A DNA stretch of 64,000 nucleotides from an uncultured Gammaproteobacteria bacterium (GTDB lineage Bacteria; Patescibacteriota; Patescibacteriia; Veblenbacterales; UBA10138). The stretch is taken from assembly GCA_964348825.1 (NCBI GenBank), contig CAYGDX010000001.1, forward strand, positions 90,909-154,908. Reading direction: 5' to 3'. Below are positions 40,473 to 50,833 of this stretch, one piece after another. A model generated the notes under the pieces. That model did no database searches and had not been told where the DNA came from. It saw only the letters and a list, made by a program, of their open reading frames with translations. A program made the translations under genes and the position numbers. How positions within the stretch are numbered: position 1 is the first letter of the stretch; every line of letters starts with the position of its first letter.

Positions 40473-43244
40473 ATGTCATCAGAAAGCGCATTATCATCGA
40501 TGGATAATAGCAGACAACAAGTAGGCGTAGATACTCAAGGAGTAGATGTTTTTAGTATTACGGATGGGAAAAAAGTTACAATAGATCATGAGTCTCAACG
40601 AATTAGAAATACTCCTGATTATGCTAAATATCGAGAGGACTTGGATGAAATTTTTGACTATTGGAAAAATGATCCAGATGGTAGAGTAAGTTTGTTTTCG
40701 ACGTTCAATAAAAAAACAAATGTAGACGAAGAATTATTATCTTTAGCGGCTACGTACTTTGGTGAAGACAAAGAAGTGTTAAAGGCAGTAGAAGAAGATG
40801 AAGTAGAGCCGAGACAGTCGAGTCAGTTTCATAGTTATTTAGATGGAATCAAAAGAGTCATTTCTAAATTAGACAAGCCCAAATTTGTTTTGGAATTAAT
40901 TCTTGGTAGTAATTATAAATACATTGAGGACGAAGGTGAACCAGAAGAAAAGGAAGTGCACATGTTTGTTGATGCTAAAAATAAGGGCAGTATTATAGAA
41001 CTGGCCATAGCGGATTATTTAACAGGTGTGAATTACAGCCCTGTGTCAGAGGTAGAAAGTGATAATGGTAAAATTATACCTGAACCAGTAGTGTCAAATT
41101 CAGATGATACAACTAAAACTGTAACAAATGAGCAGGTTGACGCTGTCACTTCAACAGTAAAGTCAGATAAAGTTGAAGTAAAAAGCTCTGGAGCTGATAG
41201 TAGCCCATTTAAAGCACCCACCCGCGAAGAAATTTTACAAAATAAACCAAGTGAATTAAAAGATCCCTCAAAGGTAGTTAAAAAAGTCGATGATGATAAG
41301 GATAAGGGTAGTAAAGAAAATAAAAAAACAGAGCCGGCTAAAAACGAGAAAAAAGGTGGAGACGGTGGTGATGGAAAAGAAAATGAAAAATCTCGACTCA
41401 AAGAAGAGATTCAATGGTTTTTGCGTCAGGAAAATCTGAAGGGTTTAACCGTTGAACAAATTGAATGGCAGTTTCTAGAGGGAAATTTGTCTTCGTATTA
41501 TAAAGATAAGGATTATTTAAATTCATTGATGGTTCATAGAAATGTTTGGCGAACTGAAGTGGAATCATTTATTGAAACCATTAAACAAGATAAGTATTTC
41601 TCGGCTAAAAAGTTGATAGAAGAATCAGCTGCCTTTTTGGCGCCGTATTCAACTGAAAAACATCAAGCGGGAGAGTGGATCGTATACGATAAAATAAAAT
41701 ATGATTATGATTTATTACCAAAAGAAGTGGTGGATGAAAAAGAAGTAGCGGAAGGAAAAAAGGGCCAAAAAGATTTTCAAATAAAAGCTTTAGAGCAGAT
41801 TTTTAGTAAAATAGTTTATAGTGGCAAATGGAAAAAAGGTAGTCAGGATCAGCCGGAGTTGAAAGGTTCCGAGTTAGATAAAGATTTAGATGTGCGCTTA
41901 TGTTTGTGGTTATTGGAGCGGGCTGGTTTTAGCACAAACTCAAAAGCTGTTGATGTACCAGAAAGTCTAGTGGATGGCGCAACTTTTGATGCTGGTAGCA
42001 GAAGTGGTTTAAGTATTGATAAAAGTTTTGATTGGAAGTTAGAAGATGGTCAGGCAAAACGCGGAAAAAAACAGTTAGGCGCGATTTTTGATAATCACCA
42101 ACCACAAAATGGTTTGCATACTTCGGCAGCATATCAGCTTAATTTTTTCTTACGTGCAGCCGAAGAAATGGGATTATTTGATAACGAAGATAATGATCAT
42201 ACAAAAAAGAATCAAAGCGAATACATTAAATTAGATAGAAAAGTAGTTGATATGATGGTAAATATGTCGATTGATGAAGACAATGGTCGATTAGTAAAAG
42301 ACATTAAGCAGTTTAACGAGAGTGACAAAAATCTACGTGGTTTAGTTGGTAGAATTAAAACCTCTAAATTTGATGATTTACATGATTTTATTATTACTGT
42401 ATTACAATCTGATAGGAATAAAAGTTTGATAGAAAGAGATAATACTAAGAAAGTATATAACAATATATTGGATTATCCATTATCTGATAAATGGTTAGAA
42501 AAATTTAATTTAATCTGGCCAGATACAAAAAATAAAGGTAAATACACTGGTTGGGCATATCAACAAAAAGGCAATATCGAGCAGACTCACCGGATATTTA
42601 TGGTTGAGGGCAGTAAAGATAAATTAAAGAGTGATGAAGAGTTAGAAAAAGAAGGTTGGTTAGTAAGATTTTCTGATAAGAGTGGTAAAGATTTGCGCTT
42701 TGTAGTAAATATTCCTGGATTTGAGGGAGATTTTTATGGCGGCCACGTAGCGGCTCGAGCGCTTGGTTTTGATGGTATGATAAAATATACTCCAGAAAAG
42801 GCAAGTTTTTTAATTAATGTTTTAAAACCCGAATTATCGCTTAATAAAATTGCCGGAGATATTAAACAAGGTCAAATGGTTCGTGATACATTAGATATTA
42901 AACCTCCTAATGCTCAGGAGCTTAAGACAACATTACGTGAGATGTTAAATACATTATCACCCGGTTTGGCTGATAAGGCGCAAGGTAAGCTCAAAGAGTA
43001 TTTATTATTAGAAGACAAGGTGGAAAATGATTGGCAACAAGTAGATAAAGAATTTGTAAAACAAGAGTTAAAAACTTGGTACGATAAATTACCAGCCAAT
43101 AAAAAGCCAACTGATTTAGAGAGTCAGAATCAGGAATTTGAATGGCTTTTGGAATATAAATTAGTTAGCTTGAAAAGTAAGTTGTATAATGAATATATGG
43201 AATTATATAAAAAAATTAAGGATCTAAAATCTAAAGTTAAATAA
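40473..43244 (+). CDS. Hypothetical large acidic protein (923 aa), no signal peptide, no recognised domain
   Basis: Long uninterrupted ORF, Lys/Glu/Asp-rich with low-complexity KDKGSKENKKTEPAKNEKKGGDGGDGKENEK segment. Confidence 0.5.
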   Translation: MSSESALSSMDNSRQQVGVDTQGVDVFSITDGKKVTIDHESQRIRNTPDYAKYREDLDEIFDYWKNDPDGRVSLFSTFNKKTNVDEELLSLAATYFGEDKEVLKAVEEDEVEPRQSSQFHSYLDGIKRVISKLDKPKFVLELILGSNYKYIEDEGEPEEKEVHMFVDAKNKGSIIELAIADYLTGVNYSPVSEVESDNGKIIPEPVVSNSDDTTKTVTNEQVDAVTSTVKSDKVEVKSSGADSSPFKAPTREEILQNKPSELKDPSKVVKKVDDDKDKGSKENKKTEPAKNEKKGGDGGDGKENEKSRLKEEIQWFLRQENLKGLTVEQIEWQFLEGNLSSYYKDKDYLNSLMVHRNVWRTEVESFIETIKQDKYFSAKKLIEESAAFLAPYSTEKHQAGEWIVYDKIKYDYDLLPKEVVDEKEVAEGKKGQKDFQIKALEQIFSKIVYSGKWKKGSQDQPELKGSELDKDLDVRLCLWLLERAGFSTNSKAVDVPESLVDGATFDAGSRSGLSIDKSFDWKLEDGQAKRGKKQLGAIFDNHQPQNGLHTSAAYQLNFFLRAAEEMGLFDNEDNDHTKKNQSEYIKLDRKVVDMMVNMSIDEDNGRLVKDIKQFNESDKNLRGLVGRIKTSKFDDLHDFIITVLQSDRNKSLIERDNTKKVYNNILDYPLSDKWLEKFNLIWPDTKNKGKYTGWAYQQKGNIEQTHRIFMVEGSKDKLKSDEELEKEGWLVRFSDKSGKDLRFVVNIPGFEGDFYGGHVAARALGFDGMIKYTPEKASFLINVLKPELSLNKIAGDIKQGQMVRDTLDIKPPNAQELKTTLREMLNTLSPGLADKAQGKLKEYLLLEDKVENDWQQVDKEFVKQELKTWYDKLPANKKPTDLESQNQEFEWLLEYKLVSLKSKLYNEYMELYKKIKDLKSKVK

Positions 43245-43245
43245 T

Positions 43246-43572
43246 ATGGATAAAGCTAATGAGTTGTTTGACAATTATTTAAACCAAGTATTAGATAAAT
43301 CCTCTGGTGGTGTTTTGTCTTCCGAGCAAATTACGGCTTTAAGGCAGGAGTTAAGTGGTGTACTAGAAGAAAAATTATATTTAACTTCACTCAATGCTTT
43401 AAATGAGGCAGATACTGCTGCTTATGCGGAATTTATACAAACGGCCGATGATGTTTCGCTTCCCGCACAAATAGAATTTTTTAGTAAACATATTCCCGAG
43501 TATCAAACATTTTTAAAACAGGTTTTAGATGGGGCAGTGGAGGAGTTTGTGAAGTTGAGCGTGTCAAAATAA
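43246..43572 (+). CDS. Small acidic hypothetical protein (108 aa), chaperone-like
   Basis: Start 2 nt after the upstream stop (translational coupling). Acidic helical protein. Confidence 0.4.
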   Translation: MDKANELFDNYLNQVLDKSSGGVLSSEQITALRQELSGVLEEKLYLTSLNALNEADTAAYAEFIQTADDVSLPAQIEFFSKHIPEYQTFLKQVLDGAVEEFVKLSVSK

Positions 43573-43635
43573 CATTAGATCGCTAAATCATTAAAACAAA
43601 AAATTGATTTAATGTTCTAATGTTTAAGTGTTCTA

Positions 43636-43821
43636 ATGAAAGTTGTTAAACATATGACTGACGAAGAAAAAATAAAAAAAATTGAAAGTATTTACGCTGA
43701 TTTTGAACGTAAGTTAGCGCGTCATCGTACACACGTACAGCAGGTAGTGCATAGTACTTTACAGCAAATTGATAAAGAAAAAGCCAACACCATTTTAGAA
43801 TCATTTAAACAAAGCAAATAA
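43636..43821 (+). CDS. Small hypothetical protein (61 aa)
   Basis: ORF between family D and family B repeats. Helical, charged. Confidence 0.25.
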   Translation: MKVVKHMTDEEKIKKIESIYADFERKLARHRTHVQQVVHSTLQQIDKEKANTILESFKQSK

Positions 43822-43959
43822 ATTTGAGCATGTAGTTTATTGTAGGTGTCATTCCCGCGTAGGCGGGAATCCAGAAACAAATTACCTTGAATTGGTATTA
43901 AAAAATTATTAATATATTTTATAGATCCCTGATCAGGTCGGGGATGACAGTAAATTTTT

Positions 43960-46900
43960 ATGTCTGAAACCCCCAAACCATCACCAACTGAAAATCAAAC
44001 TAAGGTTGAGCTTAAATCTCATCCAGAACTTCGCCGCGATGTGTTAAAAGAAAAAGGTGTGGGAGTCTCGAAATTACTTGATAGTATTTATGATAAGGTG
44101 AAAGGTGGGTTAACTGGATTTAAGGATTTGATGACTGAATATACAAGCTTACTTGAAAAAGATAAAGCAGATACTTCTGTTACTCAACAAACAGCTATTG
44201 ACGAAGCTGAAACGGAAATTAAGAGAGTGCAGCGGCAAGTGGAAGAAGATAAAAAGGAATTGCAATATAAATTAGCAGAAATTGCTGAAGTGAGGGATAA
44301 CTTCAATAAAGTTGTTTGGAGGGAAGAGTTAAGACGTGACCCGATATTGAATGACGAATATGGTGTTAAATTTAGTCGAATTTTAAGCGCTGACGAAGAA
44401 AAAGTTATTGATCAAGTTTTAGACGATCAGAGATTAGAAATTGGAAAAAAGGCCGAAACAACTAGTAGGTTTAAAAAAATTCCGATTAATGAAAATGCGG
44501 AACGTAGTGATTATGTTGCTAATTATATTGCCAATGGTTTGTTGCGTCCAGAATATATAGAAGAAAGAAAGAGAGTTTATAAAAAGAAAGGACTGCCAGT
44601 TGAAGGTGTAAAAGTTGAGCCAGTTGTTGATCCTGTACCACAAATTATAGCCGAACCCGCAGCACCAGATGTCGTTATTACGCCAGTTGAACCAGAGGTT
44701 ATTTTAAATACCGAATCTGTTGCGCCAGTAGTTAATCCAACTGGCCCTGAAGTCGTGTCAGTTATTCCGACTGCTGAAGTAGAGCCGGTTGTTTTGTCAG
44801 AGGGGGAAGAAACAAAAAAAGTGAATGAATATTTAGAAAAGATTAATAGAGGTGGAATTTTAACTCCTGAAGAGCAAATATACTTAAATGAATTTACAAG
44901 AAAGCAGGAAGAAAGAGATCAAGCTGGTCGCGCACCAATTATTTCCACCGAAACTCCACCAGCTACCACAGAAGCCACTCCAAAAAAATGGGGTAAGGTT
45001 GAGGTGGCTAAATTAATGAATGAATTGAAGTTAAAAGATTTACCAGAATTAAAATATGATTGGCAAGTTAAATCTAATCAAGTGGAGGTGTTAGATGATA
45101 ATGGTAGTGTCAAGCGTGATAAAAAAGGTAATGCCATCACTGAATCATTTAACGAATTTACAGTAAATCTTAAATCTGAAAGTAAGGATGAACTTGCTAA
45201 CTTGTTAGATAAAAAAAATATACCAGAAGAAATAAAGAGTGATATTCTAAAAAATTTAATACAGACGATTGAAGATAGAATGTCTAAAAGTTTAGATGGG
45301 CAAGCTAAATTAGAAGAAGCCAAATCATTAAAATATCACAAGAAGCAAATTGGTTTGCAGTTCGGATTGCAATTAGCATTGAGTGGTGGGATTGCTATGA
45401 CACGTTGGCTATCTGGCGTCGCGGAAGCGGCTAGTCATGCTATTGGCAATGTAGCGCGAGTCGGTGGTTTTAGTGTTATGGGCGCAGGTGCTGGTGGCGG
45501 TCGGTTTTTGATTAACCGTGGATTGATGCCAGAATTAAATAGTTTAATATTAGGTAAAGAGAATGAATCATCTTTGCATAAAGCGGGTGTAGAAGTGGTG
45601 AATAAATTTTTTACCACTGATACAGTTAAAACTTTAGGTAAACAGGTTTTGAGTGAATTATTGGCTGAAAAATTAAAAGGTCATGTGGCTTTAACGTCAG
45701 AAACTAATATTGATACTATAAAAAGTTTATTAAAAGAGCATTGTGGATCGGCTTTTGAAAATGAAGCTCAAATAGAATCTTTTAGTCGGGAACTGGCTGC
45801 CATTGAACAGATTAAACAAGGTAATCAAAAACAGTTGGCTAAGTACATGGAGAGGTTGAAATTAAACGGTTTTTTAAATAGCGCTACTAAATCAGCTATC
45901 GCTGGTGGTACCATGGCCGCAGTAATGGCTTGGGTGCCTGGGTTAGGACAAGTTTGGGGTGGCGCCTTTGGTGCATTCACAATGGGTGGGCAAATTAAAT
46001 CAGCTTTGCGGCGCATGGGTATTGAAGAGCGTTATCAAATAATGCGTGAACAGATTTTAGGATTAGAGCAGAATAGAAGTGTAACCAAAAAGATTTTAAA
46101 AAAAGTAAGTTTTGGTTGGGGTGAAAAAAAGATTGCTGGTGCTGGTAATATTATGACTGAGGTTAATGGTCAAAAACGGGCCAACGAGGTGATGGCTTAT
46201 TTAGTTAGCGGTTTATTGGTGAATGATCCATTGCTTCAAGCACGCGCTGAAAGTTTAATTCAGCAAGCGGCCGAGCAGGGTATTATGCCTGAGCAAGCGG
46301 TGGTTGAAGCTAGAGTAAAAGCTTTAGAAAAAAAGTTAAAAATAGAACGTGCTACTGAAAATGTGGCTTATGCCGTAGGTACAGCAGTTGGCGCGGCAAC
46401 AAGTTGGGCGGCCATGGCGGCTAGTGAATTATTTAAAGGTGGGTCTGGCAGTAAGGTAGTAGTAGAAGCTGGCACTAGTAAGGGTTCACAAAATGCAGGT
46501 GAATTAAATACCGAAACTCATAATATAAATAAAGGGCCAGGAGTTCAAGCTGAACATCCGCCAATCGCCATCAAAATTGAAGGAAATATTGATACCGTGA
46601 GTGAAGCTGTTGATAAAGCTTTGCATGGCGCACCAACTACTACTCAAGATAATTTTGTTCACAAAGAATTAGGTGATGATGTTGCTATTACTGATTCTAA
46701 TCGTCACGGTTTGGTTGTTCAAGCAGTGCGTGAATTTAGTATCCGTAATATAAAAATGGGCGATGGTAATGACTTACTAAATCGTATTCATAATGGCGAT
46801 ACCGTGTTGCTTAAAAGTGATGGTGCAGTAGAAGTTAAAGGTACTTCTGGCATTAATCCAGAAGCTGTGGCCGAAAGTACTCTTCGTAAATCAGCGGCTG

Positions 46901-48936
46901 AACTTCACACTGAAACACAAACTGTTGAGGTAGAAAATAATCCACTTAAAAATGCAATTTGGCAAGAAGGATTAGTAGATGGTAAGTCAGTTAAATTTAC
47001 CGAGTTACCATTTGATTATAAAACTCACGATTTAAATGCTTATGCGCAAACCGATTCAGATACTTGGAATGAAGCGCGAAATTTACCTGATACAATTGAA
47101 CTTCACGATCGCGCCGGTAACGTAATTGATTATTGTCCGGTAGACCCTAGTGATACACGTAGTTTGAGCGAAGTATTGGCGGAAGCTAATAAGAGTTTTG
47201 GTACAGTTGATTCTCGTCTTCACGAAATTACCGAGGCCATGCCAAAATCTGGTTATTTTATGTCGGCCGGATCTAGGACTGAAATTGCTAGTTGGGCAAA
47301 AGTAGATATTCATAGTGGCGCACCGCTTTCCGAAACACAAATACATGATTTAAATCATTTAGATAATATTGTTGGTAATCACGCCACTGAATATTTAGGT
47401 AATTCAGCTTTTAAGTCGTTCTTAAGTTCTAATTTTGAAAATTTAAATGCTTCACGCGCTTGGGCTGATTTTCAAGCGGTAAAGTCATTACACGGTCAAG
47501 GGTTTGGGAATGTGGATATAAAAAGTGTTGATTTTATAAACAAAACTGCGGGCTGGGTGCGGATTGGCGAAAATAATTCCGGTAGTGGTTTTATGGCGCA
47601 AGTGGAAAATGGTGCGCTTCATACTTCATTGAAATCACCACTCACCGGCTCATCGATTGAAGTTTCCTTACCCAAAGATAAGGTGTTTAATTTTGAGATG
47701 GTGAACCGAGGCGTGAATCAAGCGATTGAGCAACAATCAGCGGAAATGAATGTAAAAAGTAATTTAGAAAGTATGGTAGGAAGCTCAGAGGCGAATGAAA
47801 TTTTGAAATTACCAGCTGGTTCAAATATAGAGCAGGAAATTTTGGATATTGCTAAAAATAAAGTTTTGTTTGTCACTGTGTCCGATGGCAACGGCCCTGA
47901 AGCAGTGAAATATTTAAATGGTTTAACTGATTTAACTAAAGGTGAGGGAACGCTTGCAGAACAATTAAGCAAAGCGGTGGTGCAAGGCAGGGTAGCGAGT
48001 GCAGTAGAATCAGTCAAATCAACTCCCGAGGTTGTTTATAAATCAACTGGAGATTTTAAAACTGAAGCTGGGTTTAAATCTGGAGTGGTAGTACCGCAAG
48101 ACGAAATAAACCCAAGTCGCCAAAATCCAGAAGAAGTGATAAAGCAAGCCCAAGTTGATATTGATAAACAAACTATAAATGCTATGAAAGGTGAGGGTAA
48201 ATATGCGTATGAGCCAAAGCCAGTAGAATTAAAATCTCAAACGCATCAAGATATAATAAGGGAAGAAGTTAAGCAAGATGTTAATTTAGCTGAGCAGGCT
48301 GGGGCTGGGGGCACAGCTGATGTTGCTGAACACGCCAGTGATGTATTTAACGAGCTAGATAATACTCAAGCCGCTTATGAGGCGCTTCACGATACTTCAC
48401 TTTCCGCAGCTGATAAATTCGCTGTCTTGATGTCGCTTAAATTAACTGATGGCGGTCGGCCGTATATGTTTGAAGGTGGCACTGAAGGTATTAGCTTAAA
48501 AGATGGTAAATATTTGTATTATGATCATGGCACAGCCCATGAATTAACACCGGATAATATAAATAAAATTGCTAGTGGCGAAATAGAACAAACTACTCAG
48601 GTTGATGCTGAAAAAACTTCAGTGGTTGAACAAGTAGAAACACCAATAGATAATGTTTCTACAGAGTTGAAAGATATTTTAGGGGATCACCTAAAAGGTA
48701 TTACACCTGATAACGTGTCTGATTATTCGGCCTTCTTTAATGGTTCGGCTGATCAAGCTAAATTAGCTTTTGATCATTTAGGTGAAGTAATTCGTGGTGG
48801 TGGTGATATAAAGAGTCAGGTACTTGCTTCACCAGAATTAACTTCTGCCACTAAAATAATTTTACAAGTGGAAGGTGGTGCCTTGGGTAATCCAGCAGCT
48901 AAAGAATTGTATAAAGATTTGTTTAGTAATAAATAA
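43960..48936 (+). CDS. Giant hypothetical protein (1658 aa) with internal glycine-zipper hydrophobic segments; tape-measure-like architecture
   Basis: Coiled-coil N-terminal third. Central Gly/Ala-rich hydrophobic segments (IGLQFGLQLALSGGIAMT..., AIAGGTMAAVMAWVPGLGQVWGGAFGAFTMGG, VAYAVGTAVGAATSWAAMAA). Long acidic C-terminal half. No signal peptide, no catalytic motif recognised. Confidence 0.5.
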   Translation: MSETPKPSPTENQTKVELKSHPELRRDVLKEKGVGVSKLLDSIYDKVKGGLTGFKDLMTEYTSLLEKDKADTSVTQQTAIDEAETEIKRVQRQVEEDKKELQYKLAEIAEVRDNFNKVVWREELRRDPILNDEYGVKFSRILSADEEKVIDQVLDDQRLEIGKKAETTSRFKKIPINENAERSDYVANYIANGLLRPEYIEERKRVYKKKGLPVEGVKVEPVVDPVPQIIAEPAAPDVVITPVEPEVILNTESVAPVVNPTGPEVVSVIPTAEVEPVVLSEGEETKKVNEYLEKINRGGILTPEEQIYLNEFTRKQEERDQAGRAPIISTETPPATTEATPKKWGKVEVAKLMNELKLKDLPELKYDWQVKSNQVEVLDDNGSVKRDKKGNAITESFNEFTVNLKSESKDELANLLDKKNIPEEIKSDILKNLIQTIEDRMSKSLDGQAKLEEAKSLKYHKKQIGLQFGLQLALSGGIAMTRWLSGVAEAASHAIGNVARVGGFSVMGAGAGGGRFLINRGLMPELNSLILGKENESSLHKAGVEVVNKFFTTDTVKTLGKQVLSELLAEKLKGHVALTSETNIDTIKSLLKEHCGSAFENEAQIESFSRELAAIEQIKQGNQKQLAKYMERLKLNGFLNSATKSAIAGGTMAAVMAWVPGLGQVWGGAFGAFTMGGQIKSALRRMGIEERYQIMREQILGLEQNRSVTKKILKKVSFGWGEKKIAGAGNIMTEVNGQKRANEVMAYLVSGLLVNDPLLQARAESLIQQAAEQGIMPEQAVVEARVKALEKKLKIERATENVAYAVGTAVGAATSWAAMAASELFKGGSGSKVVVEAGTSKGSQNAGELNTETHNINKGPGVQAEHPPIAIKIEGNIDTVSEAVDKALHGAPTTTQDNFVHKELGDDVAITDSNRHGLVVQAVREFSIRNIKMGDGNDLLNRIHNGDTVLLKSDGAVEVKGTSGINPEAVAESTLRKSAAELHTETQTVEVENNPLKNAIWQEGLVDGKSVKFTELPFDYKTHDLNAYAQTDSDTWNEARNLPDTIELHDRAGNVIDYCPVDPSDTRSLSEVLAEANKSFGTVDSRLHEITEAMPKSGYFMSAGSRTEIASWAKVDIHSGAPLSETQIHDLNHLDNIVGNHATEYLGNSAFKSFLSSNFENLNASRAWADFQAVKSLHGQGFGNVDIKSVDFINKTAGWVRIGENNSGSGFMAQVENGALHTSLKSPLTGSSIEVSLPKDKVFNFEMVNRGVNQAIEQQSAEMNVKSNLESMVGSSEANEILKLPAGSNIEQEILDIAKNKVLFVTVSDGNGPEAVKYLNGLTDLTKGEGTLAEQLSKAVVQGRVASAVESVKSTPEVVYKSTGDFKTEAGFKSGVVVPQDEINPSRQNPEEVIKQAQVDIDKQTINAMKGEGKYAYEPKPVELKSQTHQDIIREEVKQDVNLAEQAGAGGTADVAEHASDVFNELDNTQAAYEALHDTSLSAADKFAVLMSLKLTDGGRPYMFEGGTEGISLKDGKYLYYDHGTAHELTPDNINKIASGEIEQTTQVDAEKTSVVEQVETPIDNVSTELKDILGDHLKGITPDNVSDYSAFFNGSADQAKLAFDHLGEVIRGGGDIKSQVLASPELTSATKIILQVEGGALGNPAAKELYKDLFSNK

Positions 48937-48945
48937 TTTTCTATT

Positions 48946-49890
48946 ATGCTCGAGCGAGGAATGTCACCCGAAGATATTAATTTTACTGCACCAGCGGAAG
49001 AACAACCAAATAATTCAGATAAAAAATTTTCTCGTCGTGATTTTACTAAATTGTTAGGTTTGGGTTTGGCAGGGCTAGTAGCGGAAAAAGCTTTAAGTCC
49101 GCTAGCGCGTGCCGCGGAAATGGTATCTAGCGAAAGTAGTGGAGCAGAAGTTGAAGCTGAAATGTTGACGCCGGTAGAACAGCGTGAAGTAGAAAGTAAA
49201 GTGCAATCTGAAATAAATAAAGCTCGCGAACTGATTCTTAACCAAGATTACAGTTCTTTTTTGGGTAATAAATTTTTAGTGGCGGCTTTGTATTATTCAG
49301 ATAATTTTATGAATAATGAGTTAACGTCAGAAAAAATTAAAAATGATCCACCACGTCAAATAATTGCCGGCCTCAAAACATATATTACACCAGATGTAAA
49401 AAAGCAATATGTAGCCATGCTTAAATTATGGTCACGTAATATAGAATTTAAAGATCCTGTTAAACCACTCGAGCGAATGGATTTTGGACGTGGTACCAAT
49501 CATAGCGATGCGGTGGATTTATTTATTGCTGAAGGGTCAGATATAAAATCAGTTTATAGTGGCATAGTAGTACACGCCGAAGGTGGTTTTAGGTCGCGTG
49601 ATCCTTTGTCAGTTAGTTCTCGCAAAGGTGGTAATACGGCAATAGTTTTTAATGCCGAGAAGAATGAATTTTATCGTTATTGTCATATGGAAAAAGTATT
49701 AGTGGAGCCGGGTGAAAGAATAAAGGCGGGAGCTTTGGTGGGTAAAGTTGGACACACAGGTTTGAATGCGGGTAAACGTGGGCATGGTGAACATTTGCAT
49801 TTTGAAATAAATAAATTTGATCCTAGAGATGGTTCAACTATTGCCTTGCCCGCTCCCGAAATAAAAACTCGTTTACGAGCGATTGAATAA
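48946..49890 (+). CDS. M23-family (LytM/lysostaphin-like) metallopeptidase with twin-arginine-type signal peptide
   Basis: N-terminal SRRDFTKLLGLGLAGLVA (Tat-like S-R-R-x-F-x-K). C-terminal M23 motifs HxxxD-like region and YCHMEKVLVEPGERIKAGALVGKVGHTG...HLHFEI. Confidence 0.7.
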   Translation: MLERGMSPEDINFTAPAEEQPNNSDKKFSRRDFTKLLGLGLAGLVAEKALSPLARAAEMVSSESSGAEVEAEMLTPVEQREVESKVQSEINKARELILNQDYSSFLGNKFLVAALYYSDNFMNNELTSEKIKNDPPRQIIAGLKTYITPDVKKQYVAMLKLWSRNIEFKDPVKPLERMDFGRGTNHSDAVDLFIAEGSDIKSVYSGIVVHAEGGFRSRDPLSVSSRKGGNTAIVFNAEKNEFYRYCHMEKVLVEPGERIKAGALVGKVGHTGLNAGKRGHGEHLHFEINKFDPRDGSTIALPAPEIKTRLRAIE

Positions 49891-49942
49891 AATCCTCCGC
49901 CTCTCGATTTGACTCGAGGCACCTCCTTTAAAAAAGGAGGAA

Positions 49943-49990
49943 TAAAAAAAACAAGCCAATCTGAAGTTTTGAAGTTCAGAATTGGCTTGA
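49943..49990 (-). terminator. Rho-independent terminator for minus-strand gene 50016-50753 (also closes the plus-strand M23 gene)
   Basis: On minus strand: caagccaattctgaa-cttcaaaac-ttcagattggcttg followed by ttttttttt. A further hairpin cctccttt-aaaaa-aggagg lies on the plus side. Confidence 0.55.
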
Positions 49991-50015
49991 ATATTACAGT
50001 TGTGGAATTCCCAAT

Positions 50016-50753
50016 TTATTGGGATTTTTTACAACCTTTATACCGGCAATGTTCTCCGGTACATTCTTTTTGGTGTCGCTCAGAGGCAGCGGCACAAATT
50101 TTCTCATATGCGGTACGTTGTACCTCATTGAAATCGTCTGTGTCCACTTCATCTGAAAATGCTTCAGATGCTACAACAATCTCCAAATTGCTAATTCGGT
50201 CACTGTTGCCATCAGTCTTGTTGTTAAGACCGATAATTACATCTTCGGCGTTGCTTAATCTGATTGCGTGTTTGTCAACGCGTTCGGTTAAGCTTGCCAA
50301 GTCGGTGGCATATTCGTCGGAAAGTGATAACCCTTCGTTGACGAGCGAGTCAATTCTCGCTTGTAATTTAGCAAATACGCCGTTTTTGAATCCCGGCATA
50401 TTGACCCAACGTTTGTCACCCATCTTCCTTAATGTATCTAACAGTTTGGCATAGGCCGCACTGTCAAGATTGATTGTGACGGACGGTGCTGTTGTTGGGG
50501 GGCAAGGGCTTGTACGTGCTCCAGTTCCGCCAGCTTTCAATGCGGCGAGTTCTTTTTCAAGAGCATCGAGGCGTTTTTCGAGTTTTTCGCGGTTGTGACG
50601 CATTGTGCCGAGAAATGCCGCGGTGGTGTCAGAATCAAGCGATGAATTGACAACGTGTGTGCCGTCTTTGCATAAAACCTGCGCGGACGTGGTATTGAAG
50701 TTGAAGATCATCGCGAAAGCGACGAGTAATGTAATGAATAATAAGTTTTTCAA
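50016..50753 (-). CDS. Secreted coiled-coil protein with Cys-rich C-terminus
   Basis: Signal peptide MKNLLFITLLVAFAMIFNFNTTSAQ. Coiled-coil EKLEKRLDALEKELAALK. C-terminal CTGEHCRYKGC. Local GC content visibly higher than the flanks. Confidence 0.5.
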   Translation of the reverse strand: MKNLLFITLLVAFAMIFNFNTTSAQVLCKDGTHVVNSSLDSDTTAAFLGTMRHNREKLEKRLDALEKELAALKAGGTGARTSPCPPTTAPSVTINLDSAAYAKLLDTLRKMGDKRWVNMPGFKNGVFAKLQARIDSLVNEGLSLSDEYATDLASLTERVDKHAIRLSNAEDVIIGLNNKTDGNSDRISNLEIVVASEAFSDEVDTDDFNEVQRTAYEKICAAASERHQKECTGEHCRYKGCKKSQ

Positions 50754-50833
50754 AGTGTGTTCCTTTATAATAATTGATTTGGATTAAAATTTTGAATTAA
50801 AGTTATGATCAGTATAATAGAATTTAATTTTTG

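Noticed and set aside
40473-48936. Complete prophage
   Set aside because: Only a tape-measure-like giant protein, a small acidic chaperone-like protein and an M23 lysin-like gene are present. No terminase, portal, capsid, integrase or repressor is recognisable, so at most a remnant or a repurposed module.
49909-50454. 181-aa plus-strand ORF overlapping the minus-strand gene 50016-50753
   Set aside because: It is antisense to a gene with a clear signal peptide and coiled coil. Long antisense ORFs are expected in this GC-richer island. There is no start context.
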